Positions 41,368-51,228 of a stretch of DNA of 64,000 nt are shown here, in pieces. The notes beneath the pieces were generated by a model, which worked only from the letters and a program-made list of their open reading frames with translations, was not told where the DNA came from and made no database searches. How positions within the stretch are numbered: position 1 is the first letter of the stretch; each line of letters opens with the position of its first letter. Where the stretch lies: contig JAOADG010000008.1 in NCBI GenBank assembly GCA_026417415.1, positions 515,432 through 579,431 on the forward strand, in the 5' to 3' direction. The DNA comes from a bacterium. Its GTDB lineage: Bacteria > Electryoneota > JAOADG01. Both the position numbers and the translations under genes were made by a program.

Positions 41368-44115
41368 TTAGTATTTTGTACGCTCTAACTTCAAATCTTG
41401 AAGATCTGCGCTTTTTACGTTAATTCTAAGGTAAAATCCTTGTCGCACGCCTTTAGGATTCCAAGTAAAATGGATTTCCCAGCAATGGAGATCTTTATGA
41501 GTTGTAAAACCACTAGATGCTACTTCACGCGTGATAAGATTAATTGAAGTTGCATAACTAATATCCCACGAAGGGGTTAGTTTAAGTTGGATTGAAGAGG
41601 CAAGATTTGCACTTCGAATAAGCTCCATAGGATTTCGAAGATTGTAGTCAAAAGATAGTGAGGTCATTCCTGACCAAGCAGTTTCAGTAGGTTGAAAAGT
41701 GGGTTTTTCTCGAAGTTGGTTTAATAAATTTCCGCCAAGATAAGGATCGTTATTTTTTGATTGTATAATTTGTTCAGTAATGTTAAAACTGTTACTCGAA
41801 TTTTCTTCTTGGACAAGATTTTCATTGCCTTTATTTTTTTGTGATTGTGGTTTCTTCCATGAAAAACCTAAAGATGCACGTGCTCCTTTGAATCGTAAAA
41901 AATTAGGGAAAGCATTTTTACGTTCCCAGTAAAATCGGTTGATTTCATTACCACGTTTATTCGTTACATCATAGTACTTGTATTGATAAAAACTGTGTGT
42001 CGTAGATAGATCAAAATTGATTGTACTTATCAAACCACTACCACCACTATACGGAGAAGTTCTGAAAGACATATTTAAATCGGACCATCTTAAACTATCC
42101 GCAGCTAAATTGTAACTTGTACTTAAATCCCAATTAAATAGATCTACTTTTCTTTCTTCTGCTTCTTTTCGATCTACATTGAGTATTTCATATTTTCCTT
42201 GAAATACATTGTTTAGATGAAATTGAAACACCATACTTTTTCTTTGAGGAGTCGCATTGTTGTAGGTATTTACCCATGGATCACCAATAAGAAAACGATT
42301 GGTTTTGGGGTTATAGATACGTTTCACAATTCCAAATTTTTTGTCCCAAAAATCAGGTTGATATTGAAAGCTCATAGTTGGTGTGAAAACGTGTCGGATA
42401 AGGGTGAATCCAAAAGCCCCTTTTGGATCAAATACACCATACAATTTTGTATTTAATCCCAAGCGCGAACGAAAAGTTGTTCTTGTAAAAAAACCTTTTA
42501 TAGGTTCAGATTTTAATTGTGAACTATCGCTTGATAATTTGTAACTGAGTACTTGTGGTGACCAATCATGTGTAATATTGACATTTGGTGAAATAGACAA
42601 ATGAGTAAAAATTTTAAAAGGTGCATTGATGCCTAATGAGTGAATTGCTCCTTGTCTTTTTCTAATGTTAGAACTTGGGTTGTTGATGGATACTCTGGTT
42701 CTACTCTCGTCATTGGTCAATTGAAAGTTGTATCCGTAGGTAATAACTTCCCACCAATTCGATTCAGCAGCTTTTTTGTTCGTTGATGGTAATGTATCAA
42801 TTCCGCCAAATCCACGAATAATGGTGCTACTTTTAGGTTTATATATGGGTCCATCACTCCAGCGGAAGGTTAAAGAGGGCATAGATAATGAATAATCTTT
42901 TGTCTGTAAAACCTGTGAACCACGAATACCACCGGAAAGTGATGCGCGACTACCTATCCAATTTTTACTAAAACTGATGTTAGAATTCACTTCTTGTCGT
43001 AAGCGGTCTGCAATATCATAAGAATAATAACTCACAAAACTTGCATCATTGATATAAAGTACATTGGCATTTACAGTGAAAGTAGGATCAATACGTTGAT
43101 TGTGAGTCCATTGGATTTGCCAGCGATTAGTATTGCCTTGATTTGAATAATTACCAGCAATACCACCTTGGAGACGATTTCTTAAAACATAACGCATTTC
43201 TAAATTGTACAATGACCCATACTTTTCATAATAGTCCATGGTTGTTTTCATATCCCAGTAATCATTTGGTGCAAAATAATAACCAAGATGCTTAAAATGT
43301 CTCCCTTGGGTAGTGTTTTCACCATAACTTGGAACAATTAGACCACTGTGTCTCCCCGGTTTTAACGAAAAAATTCCATAAGGAATGAACATTGTAGGTA
43401 CTTTTCCAAATGCTAAAATAACGGGTTGTGCAATTAGTTTATTTTTATATATCATTTTCATTTTATTGCTAAAAAAATGATAGTGAGGTTCATTCTGATC
43501 ACAGGTTGTAAACGTACCATTCCGAATGTACATCACTTGCGGTTCAACGCGTTTTAAAATTTGTCCATAATACTTTCCTTGTTCATTTGCAGTAGTTCCT
43601 GTAAAGACACGTCCTTGTTGGGTTTTCAGATTCATTTCCATTCGAAAACCCCTTAAACTATCTATCCGCCCATATGTACGATCTAAGAAAAGAGGGGTAT
43701 GAAAATACACTATAGTATCAATCGCGACTTTTGAAGTATCTGTCCAAAGTGTATCTGGTAGGCCTTCAGCAATTACAAAATCATTATCCCAATTAATGGT
43801 TATTTGATGTGCATACAATGACATTTTTTTATAATGAACTTGAGAATTTCCAATTAAAAAGGATTGTTTGGATTCAGAAAGAAGCAATATTTTATCAGCA
43901 CTATATGTGATAATTGTGTCTAAACCTTCTGTACGTGATGTATCAATGGTTTTAGTAGTATCTAAGGTGTTTATTGTTTCGAAAGATGATAAATTTGAAT
44001 TGCTTTTAGAATCATTGGTAATTGGTTGCGTGAAAGATATTTTTGAAATGGAAAAAGTAAAACAAAAAAATAATATCTTTATGGATTGGAAATACAGTTT
44101 TAAAAAACTAGACAT
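41368..44115 (-). CDS. lptD: LptD/OstA-like outer-membrane LPS-assembly protein
   Basis: Signal peptide, an OstA-like N-terminal segment (IITYSADKILLLSESKQSFLIGNSQVHYKKMSLYAHQITINWDNDFVIAEG), then ~700 aa of alternating beta-strand character; 915 aa is typical of Bacteroidetes LptD. Confidence 0.5.
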   Translation of the reverse strand: MSSFLKLYFQSIKILFFCFTFSISKISFTQPITNDSKSNSNLSSFETINTLDTTKTIDTSRTEGLDTIITYSADKILLLSESKQSFLIGNSQVHYKKMSLYAHQITINWDNDFVIAEGLPDTLWTDTSKVAIDTIVYFHTPLFLDRTYGRIDSLRGFRMEMNLKTQQGRVFTGTTANEQGKYYGQILKRVEPQVMYIRNGTFTTCDQNEPHYHFFSNKMKMIYKNKLIAQPVILAFGKVPTMFIPYGIFSLKPGRHSGLIVPSYGENTTQGRHFKHLGYYFAPNDYWDMKTTMDYYEKYGSLYNLEMRYVLRNRLQGGIAGNYSNQGNTNRWQIQWTHNQRIDPTFTVNANVLYINDASFVSYYSYDIADRLRQEVNSNISFSKNWIGSRASLSGGIRGSQVLQTKDYSLSMPSLTFRWSDGPIYKPKSSTIIRGFGGIDTLPSTNKKAAESNWWEVITYGYNFQLTNDESRTRVSINNPSSNIRKRQGAIHSLGINAPFKIFTHLSISPNVNITHDWSPQVLSYKLSSDSSQLKSEPIKGFFTRTTFRSRLGLNTKLYGVFDPKGAFGFTLIRHVFTPTMSFQYQPDFWDKKFGIVKRIYNPKTNRFLIGDPWVNTYNNATPQRKSMVFQFHLNNVFQGKYEILNVDRKEAEERKVDLFNWDLSTSYNLAADSLRWSDLNMSFRTSPYSGGSGLISTINFDLSTTHSFYQYKYYDVTNKRGNEINRFYWERKNAFPNFLRFKGARASLGFSWKKPQSQKNKGNENLVQEENSSNSFNITEQIIQSKNNDPYLGGNLLNQLREKPTFQPTETAWSGMTSLSFDYNLRNPMELIRSANLASSIQLKLTPSWDISYATSINLITREVASSGFTTHKDLHCWEIHFTWNPKGVRQGFYLRINVKSADLQDLKLERTKY

Positions 44116-44120
44116 TATGA

Positions 44121-45470
44121 TTAATCATCAGATGGATTAACTTTAGGTAAATAACGATTGCTCCACAATTTTTGGAATCGTTCTGCAATTTTTGCTTCAT
44201 ATCCTACAGATTTCGGTTGATAAAAAACCTTTTCAGCAATAAGTTCTGGTAAATGAATTTGTCCACTAAATCCTTCGTAATCATGATCGTAAGCATATGC
44301 TCTTCCGTATCCCATTTCTTTCATGAGCGGCGTAACTGCATTAAGTAAATGCATCGGGATCGGCAAATCACCACTTCTTTCCACTTCTTGATATGCTTCA
44401 GAAATGGCTAAGTATGCTGAGTTTGATTTGGGACAAGATGCTAAATAAATTGCGCATTGCGACAATGGAATACGTGCTTCAGGCATTCCAATTTTTTGTA
44501 CTACATCAAAAATAGCATTTGCAACAACAACTGCAAGGGGTTGTGCGTTTCCAATATCTTCACTCGCTATGATTATCATCCGCCTTGCTATAAAAAGAGG
44601 ATCTTCACCACCTTTTAACATTCTAGCTAAATAATACACCGCTGCATCAGGATCACTTCCACGAATGGATTTGATAAATGCGCTAATTAAATTGTAGTGA
44701 TACTCTCCCGTTTTATCGTATTTATTTAAAATTTCTGAACTTGCTTTTCTAATTGAATCAACCGTTAAGAATACTTTAGAACTGTTTTGGTTTAATGTTT
44801 TACTAATTTCAAAAGCACTTTCAAAAGTGTTTAAATACAATCTTGCATCACCCCCACTGATTTGGTACAAAAATTCTTTCACAGATGGTTCAAAGACAAT
44901 TTCAAATCCTTTGAAATACTCATCCTGATTAAGTGTTCTTGATAATAAAATTTCTAAATGTTTTTGAGATAACGGATAAAAACGAACCACCATGCATCTG
45001 GAAAGCAATGCATTGATGACTTCAAAAGAAGGATTTTCGGTAGTTGCACCAATTAGAATAATAGTTCCATCTTCTACTGCTGGCAAAAGTGCATCTTGTT
45101 GTGCTTTGTTAAAACGATGGATTTCATCAAGGAAGAAGATTAATCCTTTTTCTTGTTGTGATAGTATTTTCCCATGTTTAATAACTTCACGTACTTCTGA
45201 TAAGCCCACTTGAACAGCTGACATTTGATAAAATTCTTTATGAAAAGCATTCGCAAGCAAACGAGCCAATGAGGTTTTCCCTGTACCGGGATCACCCCAA
45301 AAAATCATTGATGCCGGCTTTTGATTGCGAATAAAAGTAGTTATTATTCCGTTTTCACCAACCAAATGCTCTTGTCCAACGAATTCTTGAATGGTTTTCG
45401 GTCGCATTCGTTCAGCAAGTGGAATACTTTTGGAACCTGCAAGAGGTTCTTTAGAAAAGAGATCAGCCAT
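44121..45470 (-). CDS. rarA: Replication-associated recombination protein A (AAA+ ATPase RarA/MgsA)
   Basis: RPKTIQEFVGQEHL...IFWGDPGTGKTSLARLLANA Walker A, FLDEIHRFNKAQQDALLP Walker B/sensor, and the C-terminal MgsA helical domain. Confidence 0.85.
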   Translation of the reverse strand: MADLFSKEPLAGSKSIPLAERMRPKTIQEFVGQEHLVGENGIITTFIRNQKPASMIFWGDPGTGKTSLARLLANAFHKEFYQMSAVQVGLSEVREVIKHGKILSQQEKGLIFFLDEIHRFNKAQQDALLPAVEDGTIILIGATTENPSFEVINALLSRCMVVRFYPLSQKHLEILLSRTLNQDEYFKGFEIVFEPSVKEFLYQISGGDARLYLNTFESAFEISKTLNQNSSKVFLTVDSIRKASSEILNKYDKTGEYHYNLISAFIKSIRGSDPDAAVYYLARMLKGGEDPLFIARRMIIIASEDIGNAQPLAVVVANAIFDVVQKIGMPEARIPLSQCAIYLASCPKSNSAYLAISEAYQEVERSGDLPIPMHLLNAVTPLMKEMGYGRAYAYDHDYEGFSGQIHLPELIAEKVFYQPKSVGYEAKIAERFQKLWSNRYLPKVNPSDD

Positions 45471-45490
45471 TTTGAAAATAATTCTTTATA

Positions 45491-46642
45491 CTATCGAATA
45501 GGTTCGCGTACTTTCAAACCTTTCCACTTCAAAGGAATTCGAAATATAACCCAAGGTGAAACAAATATCATGTATAACCAAAGATAAGGAATAAAGAATG
45601 GTACAGCGATAATATCCTTCCATTTTTTTACCAAATGTAAAGTACTCATTGAAAACATCATTTCTGAACCAATAATCATTAATAGTGCTGTTAACGCAAT
45701 ACTATCTTTGGTGATAATGTACAAAATAGGAAGAAGTAAATGGAGGGAAAAAATAAGTACGACAAATAGTTTTGTAATGTTATTTAGACGCCAAACCCCC
45801 ATTGACCAACGAATTTTCATGTTGGGCAATTTTTTAATCGGTTCTGGATCGGTGGTTGGGATTGCTTGTAAATCAAAATGGTAACGAATGGCTTTGTTAT
45901 GATACTTTTTTAGTACACCTTGGGATAATCTTACGTCTTCGCAAATTGAAAACCCTAATTTCGGAAATCCACCGATTGAAAAATAAGCACTTTTACGAAT
46001 AGCAAAGTTATTGGCTAGACCAGCACCACCTAAACCTAAACTATTTACTGCAAAGCCCAATCCCTGTATAAAAAGCATATCTGAATTTTGTACTCGATCG
46101 AACAATGAATTGGTTTCGTTTTCTCTTACCAATAATGCTGGACCACTTACTATCTGAGTATCTTGTTTGAAGTAAGATACGGTTCGTCTTACCCAAGTGG
46201 GTGGCACAAAACAATCGGCACCTGTTGTAAGCACAATTTCATTGGTACAAGCCAACATCCCACAGTGCCAGGGTGCAGCTTTACCTAATAGCCCTTCAAT
46301 GTTGTCTTGAATGTGTAATACTTTTCTGTGAATTGGGTCGTGCGCAACAAAGTCATCAAAGATTTGGGCAGTTCCATCAGTAGAAGCGTGATTTACTAAA
46401 ATAAATTCAATTTTTTCTTTTGGATAATCTAATTTTTCTAAATAAGATAAAGTTTTAGGTAAAATTCTTTCTTCGTTACGTGCACAGATTACAATACTTA
46501 CATTAGGAAATTGTTCATTTCTTTTAAGTTTACGGATTAGTATCAATACACTGAAAACCAACAACAAGCAAGCGTATAAAATACTTAAAATGAAAAAAAG
46601 GTCAATTATAGTTTCCATTACTAAGGGATAATTAATTTCCAT
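45491..46642 (-). CDS. Membrane-anchored family 2 glycosyltransferase (ceramide-glucosyltransferase / HpnI-like architecture)
   Basis: N-terminal TM; VSIVICARNEE, TGADC (DxD), ICEDVRLS (ED) and KIRWSMGVW (Q/RxxRW-like); C-terminal TM helices. Confidence 0.7.
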   Translation of the reverse strand: MEINYPLVMETIIDLFFILSILYACLLLVFSVLILIRKLKRNEQFPNVSIVICARNEERILPKTLSYLEKLDYPKEKIEFILVNHASTDGTAQIFDDFVAHDPIHRKVLHIQDNIEGLLGKAAPWHCGMLACTNEIVLTTGADCFVPPTWVRRTVSYFKQDTQIVSGPALLVRENETNSLFDRVQNSDMLFIQGLGFAVNSLGLGGAGLANNFAIRKSAYFSIGGFPKLGFSICEDVRLSQGVLKKYHNKAIRYHFDLQAIPTTDPEPIKKLPNMKIRWSMGVWRLNNITKLFVVLIFSLHLLLPILYIITKDSIALTALLMIIGSEMMFSMSTLHLVKKWKDIIAVPFFIPYLWLYMIFVSPWVIFRIPLKWKGLKVREPIR

Positions 46643-47253
46643 TGATATTGTACAACATGTTCAAGAAAAACTTTTAACATTCTTAAAAAAGTTGATGGAA
46701 ATGGACTTCCGTCATGCATTAAAACAATATCGCCTTTGCGTAATTTTTGAAATAGGTCATCTACAACTTTTTCTACGTTTGTATTTTTACGGTAATCGCC
46801 TAAATACCAACTCATCCAAACGGGCTCTAAACCATTATTTAATAAATTTTTCCAGATAAATAAAGGTGGTATCCCGTAAGGCGCTCTAAATCTTTTCACA
46901 GGTTTTCCTACTATATCTTCAACACGTTTTTTCATATCTAACCATTCTGCTAAAGTTTGTTTGGGATTACGCAAAAGTTGTTTGCGATGATGCCAACCAT
47001 GTAAACCGATTTCATGATGATGAAGATGCAAATCATTTATTAGTTTTTTGTTATGAATAGTACGTTCCATAAGCACAAAGAAGGTTGCACGAACACCGTA
47101 AATGTTTAATAGTTCTAATGCTTGTTGGGTAGTTCTTTCAACTGGACCATCATCCAAAGTAAGCCAAAGTTCTTTTGCGTTTGTAGAAAATGTCATTTGT
47201 AATTTTGGAAGACATCGAAAAATTGAACTATATCTTGCAGGAAATTCACTCAT
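46621..47253 (-). CDS. Polysaccharide deacetylase (NodB homology domain, CE4)
   Basis: LTLDDGP (motif 1 with catalytic Asp) and HGWHH (His metal ligands); overlaps both neighbours. Confidence 0.75.
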   Translation of the reverse strand: MSEFPARYSSIFRCLPKLQMTFSTNAKELWLTLDDGPVERTTQQALELLNIYGVRATFFVLMERTIHNKKLINDLHLHHHEIGLHGWHHRKQLLRNPKQTLAEWLDMKKRVEDIVGKPVKRFRAPYGIPPLFIWKNLLNNGLEPVWMSWYLGDYRKNTNVEKVVDDLFQKLRKGDIVLMHDGSPFPSTFLRMLKVFLEHVVQYQWKLIIP

Positions 47254-48356
47254 TAAAAAACAGCAAATCCTCGTTTTTCAGAAATGTTAGGACGAGGTGC
47301 AATTGCATAGAATAGTAATAGCCAAGGTTGAAGAGGCGACCAAATTAAAAAGGAACGAAATGTAAAGATAGGGAAAAGTTTTCTTAACTTTTTTAAGTTA
47401 ATGAAGTCCATAATGTACTTTGCAATGTAGATCCAAATAGGAAAGTATGGTTCAGGAAAAAAGAATAATGCAACTACATTGGAAAGTAATCCCAACAGCG
47501 AGAAAGCTAAAATACTTTGTATAATTTGAATTTTTAGTGGATAGGTTGTTGCATCACGAAACCATCTTCTACGTGCTGCTGCTGTTTGTAAAAAGGTTTT
47601 GGCTAATGAAGTAAAAACAGCAGATTGTTTTTGTATTACAGCACGCATGGGTTTATTACTTGCATATTGATTTTGTAAAATTCTTCCATCTTCACCAGTA
47701 CCATCAGTACCAACTTTAGCCCAAAATTCATTTTGAATACATTCGGAAGGAATGAGCATATTTGCAGTAGATGCTGTGATGGGTTTACTTCGAGCAATAA
47801 GCCCCATAACCGCATATGTTACCGAGGCTTGATCTAAAGATAAAATTTCTTTCCACCAATTCGGAGCATGCCAAATTTCAAAAACAGGTCCAACAGCACC
47901 ACCTTTTCCAGCTTCATGAACTAAAGTTTCCAGCCATTCAGGTGAAGCTCGACAATCTGCATCTACAAATACTACACTACCGTGACGTATGTTTTGTGTT
48001 GCAATATGCATTGCATACAGTTTCCCATGTAATCCTGTTGGGACATTGTAGATGTGAAGGAGTTTAATACGTAATTGCTTCTCAAATTCTTTTACAACAG
48101 CAACAGTGTTATCCGTTGAACGATCATTAACCACAATTACTTCAAATTGTTCTTTAGGTAAGGTTTGATTGGTCAAATCTGATAGTATTCCACGAATAGT
48201 TTCACCTTCATTATGAGCTGGTATTAAAACATGAAGTGGGAATGGAGCAGGACACTTAACAATGACATTTGAACTCCACCCTAAAAAGGAGATGATTGAA
48301 ATGATGTAATAAATGACTAAAGACAAAAAGAGTACAATGGTCCAAATCTCTATCAT
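47253..48356 (-). CDS. Membrane-anchored family 2 glycosyltransferase (processive-type motifs)
   Basis: LHVLIPAHNEGETI, FVDADC, GEDGRI and QTAAARRRW (QxxRW); N- and C-terminal TM helices. Confidence 0.7.
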   Translation of the reverse strand: MIEIWTIVLFLSLVIYYIISIISFLGWSSNVIVKCPAPFPLHVLIPAHNEGETIRGILSDLTNQTLPKEQFEVIVVNDRSTDNTVAVVKEFEKQLRIKLLHIYNVPTGLHGKLYAMHIATQNIRHGSVVFVDADCRASPEWLETLVHEAGKGGAVGPVFEIWHAPNWWKEILSLDQASVTYAVMGLIARSKPITASTANMLIPSECIQNEFWAKVGTDGTGEDGRILQNQYASNKPMRAVIQKQSAVFTSLAKTFLQTAAARRRWFRDATTYPLKIQIIQSILAFSLLGLLSNVVALFFFPEPYFPIWIYIAKYIMDFINLKKLRKLFPIFTFRSFLIWSPLQPWLLLFYAIAPRPNISEKRGFAVF

Positions 48357-48360
48357 TGAA

Positions 48361-49296
48361 CTATTTATTTTTTAATTTTTTACTTAAACTGATCCAAAAG
48401 GGTAAACCTAAAATTGCAGGAAAAACAGAATTAATCAAAAAAAGTGATATTGTGACCTGTGGTAATAAATCTTTTGATTGGAATAAAAGATTTCCTAAGA
48501 CCATCCCTACGAGTTCAGATGTACCAAGGTTACCGGGAGTAATCGCAATAAAACTCCGAATAAGTTGTAACGCACCGAAAACAAACAATCCTGTAATGAA
48601 ACCTCCATTCCATCCAATGGATTGTAAACTAAATACGAACTGACAAGCAACGAAACCATATTGAACAAATCCAAGCAAGACACCTATTCTTAAAATATTA
48701 TGAGGTATCAAAGTAAACCCTTCGTATAGTTGATGAATGAAAGAATTTTCCTTAATTCCGATTTTTTTATTTCTCGTTTTGTGAAAAATCCATTCATATG
48801 TTAAAAAGTAACCCAGACAGATCACAAGCGATAACACCACACTAATCCAACCAAACGCTTTACTAAATAAAATTCCGAGGGATAGAATTCCAAACAAATG
48901 CATAGGCGGCCAATACATTAATCGGTCAATCAATGAAATGCCTAGAGCTTTACCAGTTGTTCCTGGCATTAATAAAACCAACGCGGCATCACCAAGTCGT
49001 CCAGGAGTCAACGATCCAGCAGTAAAAGCACCCAAAGCAGCTTTCACAACATCAATCAATCGCAAATTGGTAGAATTTGTTCGTAAAAGAATCCAACTCC
49101 GAAAAACTTGTGAACTTAGGGAACCACACATAAAAAGGGTAATCATGAACCATGTTGAAAATGAAAAATTTCGTATTGCTTTTACAAGTCCGTTCCAACC
49201 AATCTCATTGATAACTAATACTACTAATCCAATTGCTAAAGGGATGCTAAATAACCAAAGTCGTTCTTGTAACCATTTAATCCTATTCATTTCCAT
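48361..49296 (-). CDS. Flippase-like polytopic membrane protein (UPF0104 / lysyl-PG synthase TM-domain-like)
   Basis: About 8 TM helices with no soluble domain. The likely start is ATG 49296, or ATG 49290, which overlaps the upstream stop as ATGA. Confidence 0.5.
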   Translation of the reverse strand: MEMNRIKWLQERLWLFSIPLAIGLVVLVINEIGWNGLVKAIRNFSFSTWFMITLFMCGSLSSQVFRSWILLRTNSTNLRLIDVVKAALGAFTAGSLTPGRLGDAALVLLMPGTTGKALGISLIDRLMYWPPMHLFGILSLGILFSKAFGWISVVLSLVICLGYFLTYEWIFHKTRNKKIGIKENSFIHQLYEGFTLIPHNILRIGVLLGFVQYGFVACQFVFSLQSIGWNGGFITGLFVFGALQLIRSFIAITPGNLGTSELVGMVLGNLLFQSKDLLPQVTISLFLINSVFPAILGLPFWISLSKKLKNK

Positions 49297-50399
49297 TCTC
49301 TTGTTGGATGTAAAGTGTTGATCAAAACTAAACCTAACCAAATCGGAAACACAAAAAGAAAAGCCATCGAATACCAAATTTGATACTTATGTGTAGTGTA
49401 ATGAATGACAGATTGAATACATAGCTCTATTAAAGTGAGATACAATAGAAGTATTACTAAAAAAAATGAAAACTTGAAAAAGTGCCAAATACCTATCCCA
49501 TATAACAGTATTCCCATTGGGAAGAAAAAAAATCCTGGAATAACCAATATTCCAAAAATTTTCCAAAACAATGGATAATCCGAAGCAACAGAATAGTGTC
49601 TTTTTCTAGCTTTCCAATATTTTTCAGTGTCTCTATCAAAAATATCAATGGTCGTAAGTGGGAAACATTTAGAAATGATTTTTCCTTGTAATTTAGATAA
49701 TGAATGTAATAATAAATCATCATCGCCAGATATCTTATTTAAATGATTAACAAAACCACCTACCTTGTAAAACGCATCTTTTTTATAGCAAAAACCAGCA
49801 CCAACAGCCGATAGCGGATGATCAAGTTTAATAGCAGCACTCATTAAAAAACTTTGAACTAACGTTTCAAAATTCCTTAAATAGAAAAATACACCACGGC
49901 CACCAATAAGACGATAGGATGGAACAATGGCTAACCAATCATTATTGAATCCATAAAACATTTCAATTAACCATCTTCTATGTGGACGAGAATCCGCATC
50001 TAAAGTAACAATCCAATCTTTATGGGATTGCGATATGGCAAGCGAAAGAGCATATTTTTTAGGATTAAGATGAGTATCTGGTAGATGGTTGACTTCTAAA
50101 TATTTGAATTTGGGTTGATGTGCTCGTACAAAACTTTTAAGTATTTCACCAGTTTGATCTGTTGAACGATCATTTACTAAACAGATAGAGAGATCATCTG
50201 AATACCATTCTAAATGTTCAAGAGAAGATAAAAGAGAGGGAAGAATTGTTTCTTCATTATGACAAGATACAATCACTTCAATAGAAGGGCAGGTTTTATG
50301 GGTAAAGATTTGCTTTTTATGAAAACCAAAAAGTAACCAAGACAAACCTAATAGGGTAAATGTAAGGAAAGAAAGAAAAATGATTTCATAAATATCCAT
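49287..50399 (-). CDS. Membrane-anchored family 2 glycosyltransferase
   Basis: IEVIVSCHNEE, VTLDADS (DxD) and SGDDDLL (ED-like); C-terminal TM helices. Confidence 0.65.
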   Translation of the reverse strand: MDIYEIIFLSFLTFTLLGLSWLLFGFHKKQIFTHKTCPSIEVIVSCHNEETILPSLLSSLEHLEWYSDDLSICLVNDRSTDQTGEILKSFVRAHQPKFKYLEVNHLPDTHLNPKKYALSLAISQSHKDWIVTLDADSRPHRRWLIEMFYGFNNDWLAIVPSYRLIGGRGVFFYLRNFETLVQSFLMSAAIKLDHPLSAVGAGFCYKKDAFYKVGGFVNHLNKISGDDDLLLHSLSKLQGKIISKCFPLTTIDIFDRDTEKYWKARKRHYSVASDYPLFWKIFGILVIPGFFFFPMGILLYGIGIWHFFKFSFFLVILLLYLTLIELCIQSVIHYTTHKYQIWYSMAFLFVFPIWLGLVLINTLHPTREWK

Positions 50400-50407
50400 A
50401 AAGAGTT

Positions 50408-50438
50408 TTCAAAATTCGAACAGTGTCCGAATTTTGAA
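50408..50438 (-). promoter_or_regulatory. 11-bp perfect inverted repeat (AT-rich hairpin) in the 52-nt gap between sdhB and the glycosyltransferase operon
   Basis: TTCAAAATTCG-aacagtgtc-CGAATTTTGAA; no strong U-run follows, so it is an attenuator, operator or weak terminator candidate. Confidence 0.3.
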
Positions 50439-50451
50439 CGCAATTACGAGT

Positions 50452-51228
50452 TCAAAATGCTTCTTCATTGTGAAAAAGTTTAGCGATGATATAATCCCGA
50501 TTCATCCGACCAATGTTAACAAATTGAATTTCTTTAGGACATGCAGCTTCACATTCTAAATGATTGCTACAGTTTCCGAATCCTAATTCATCCATTTTTT
50601 CAATCATATGAATAGCACGTCGATATCTCTCCGGTTGACCTTGAGGTAATTGTCCCAAGTGATTAATCTTAGCAGAAACAAAAAGCATTGCAGAACTATT
50701 CGGACAAGCAGCAACACATGCACCACAACCGATACACGCTGCTGCATCCATTGCTAAATCAGCATTTTTCTTTGGAACTAAAATGGAAGATGCTTCAGGT
50801 GCAGAACCAGTTTTAACAGAAATATAACCACCTGCTTGGATGATTTGATCAAATGCACTTCTATCAACTACTAAATCTTTGATGATTGGAAATGCTTTTG
50901 CACGAAAAGGTTCAATCACCAGAGTATCCCCATCGCGAAAATGTCTCATATGTAATTGGCAAAGTGTTGTTCCTTTCAAATGACCATGAGCTTGTCCATT
51001 TACAACACAACCACAAGCACCACAAATTCCTTCCCTGCAATCATGATCAAATGCAATTGGTTCAATACCATTTAATGCTAATTGATCGTTTACAACATCC
51101 AACATCTCTAAAAAAGACATTTCAGTAGAAATATTTGTCGCTTCATAAGTTTCAAAACGACCTGGTGTAGCAGCATTAGGTTGACGCCATACTCGGAGTG
51201 TCAAATGAATTGTATTCGATTCGCTCAT
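50452..51228 (-). CDS. sdhB: Succinate dehydrogenase / fumarate reductase iron-sulfur subunit
   Basis: [10 protein letters not shown] (2Fe-2S), [12 protein letters not shown] (4Fe-4S) and CxxxxxC...CP (3Fe-4S). Confidence 0.9.
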   Translation of the reverse strand: MSESNTIHLTLRVWRQPNAATPGRFETYEATNISTEMSFLEMLDVVNDQLALNGIEPIAFDHDCREGICGACGCVVNGQAHGHLKGTTLCQLHMRHFRDGDTLVIEPFRAKAFPIIKDLVVDRSAFDQIIQAGGYISVKTGSAPEASSILVPKKNADLAMDAAACIGCGACVAACPNSSAMLFVSAKINHLGQLPQGQPERYRRAIHMIEKMDELGFGNCSNHLECEAACPKEIQFVNIGRMNRDYIIAKLFHNEEAF

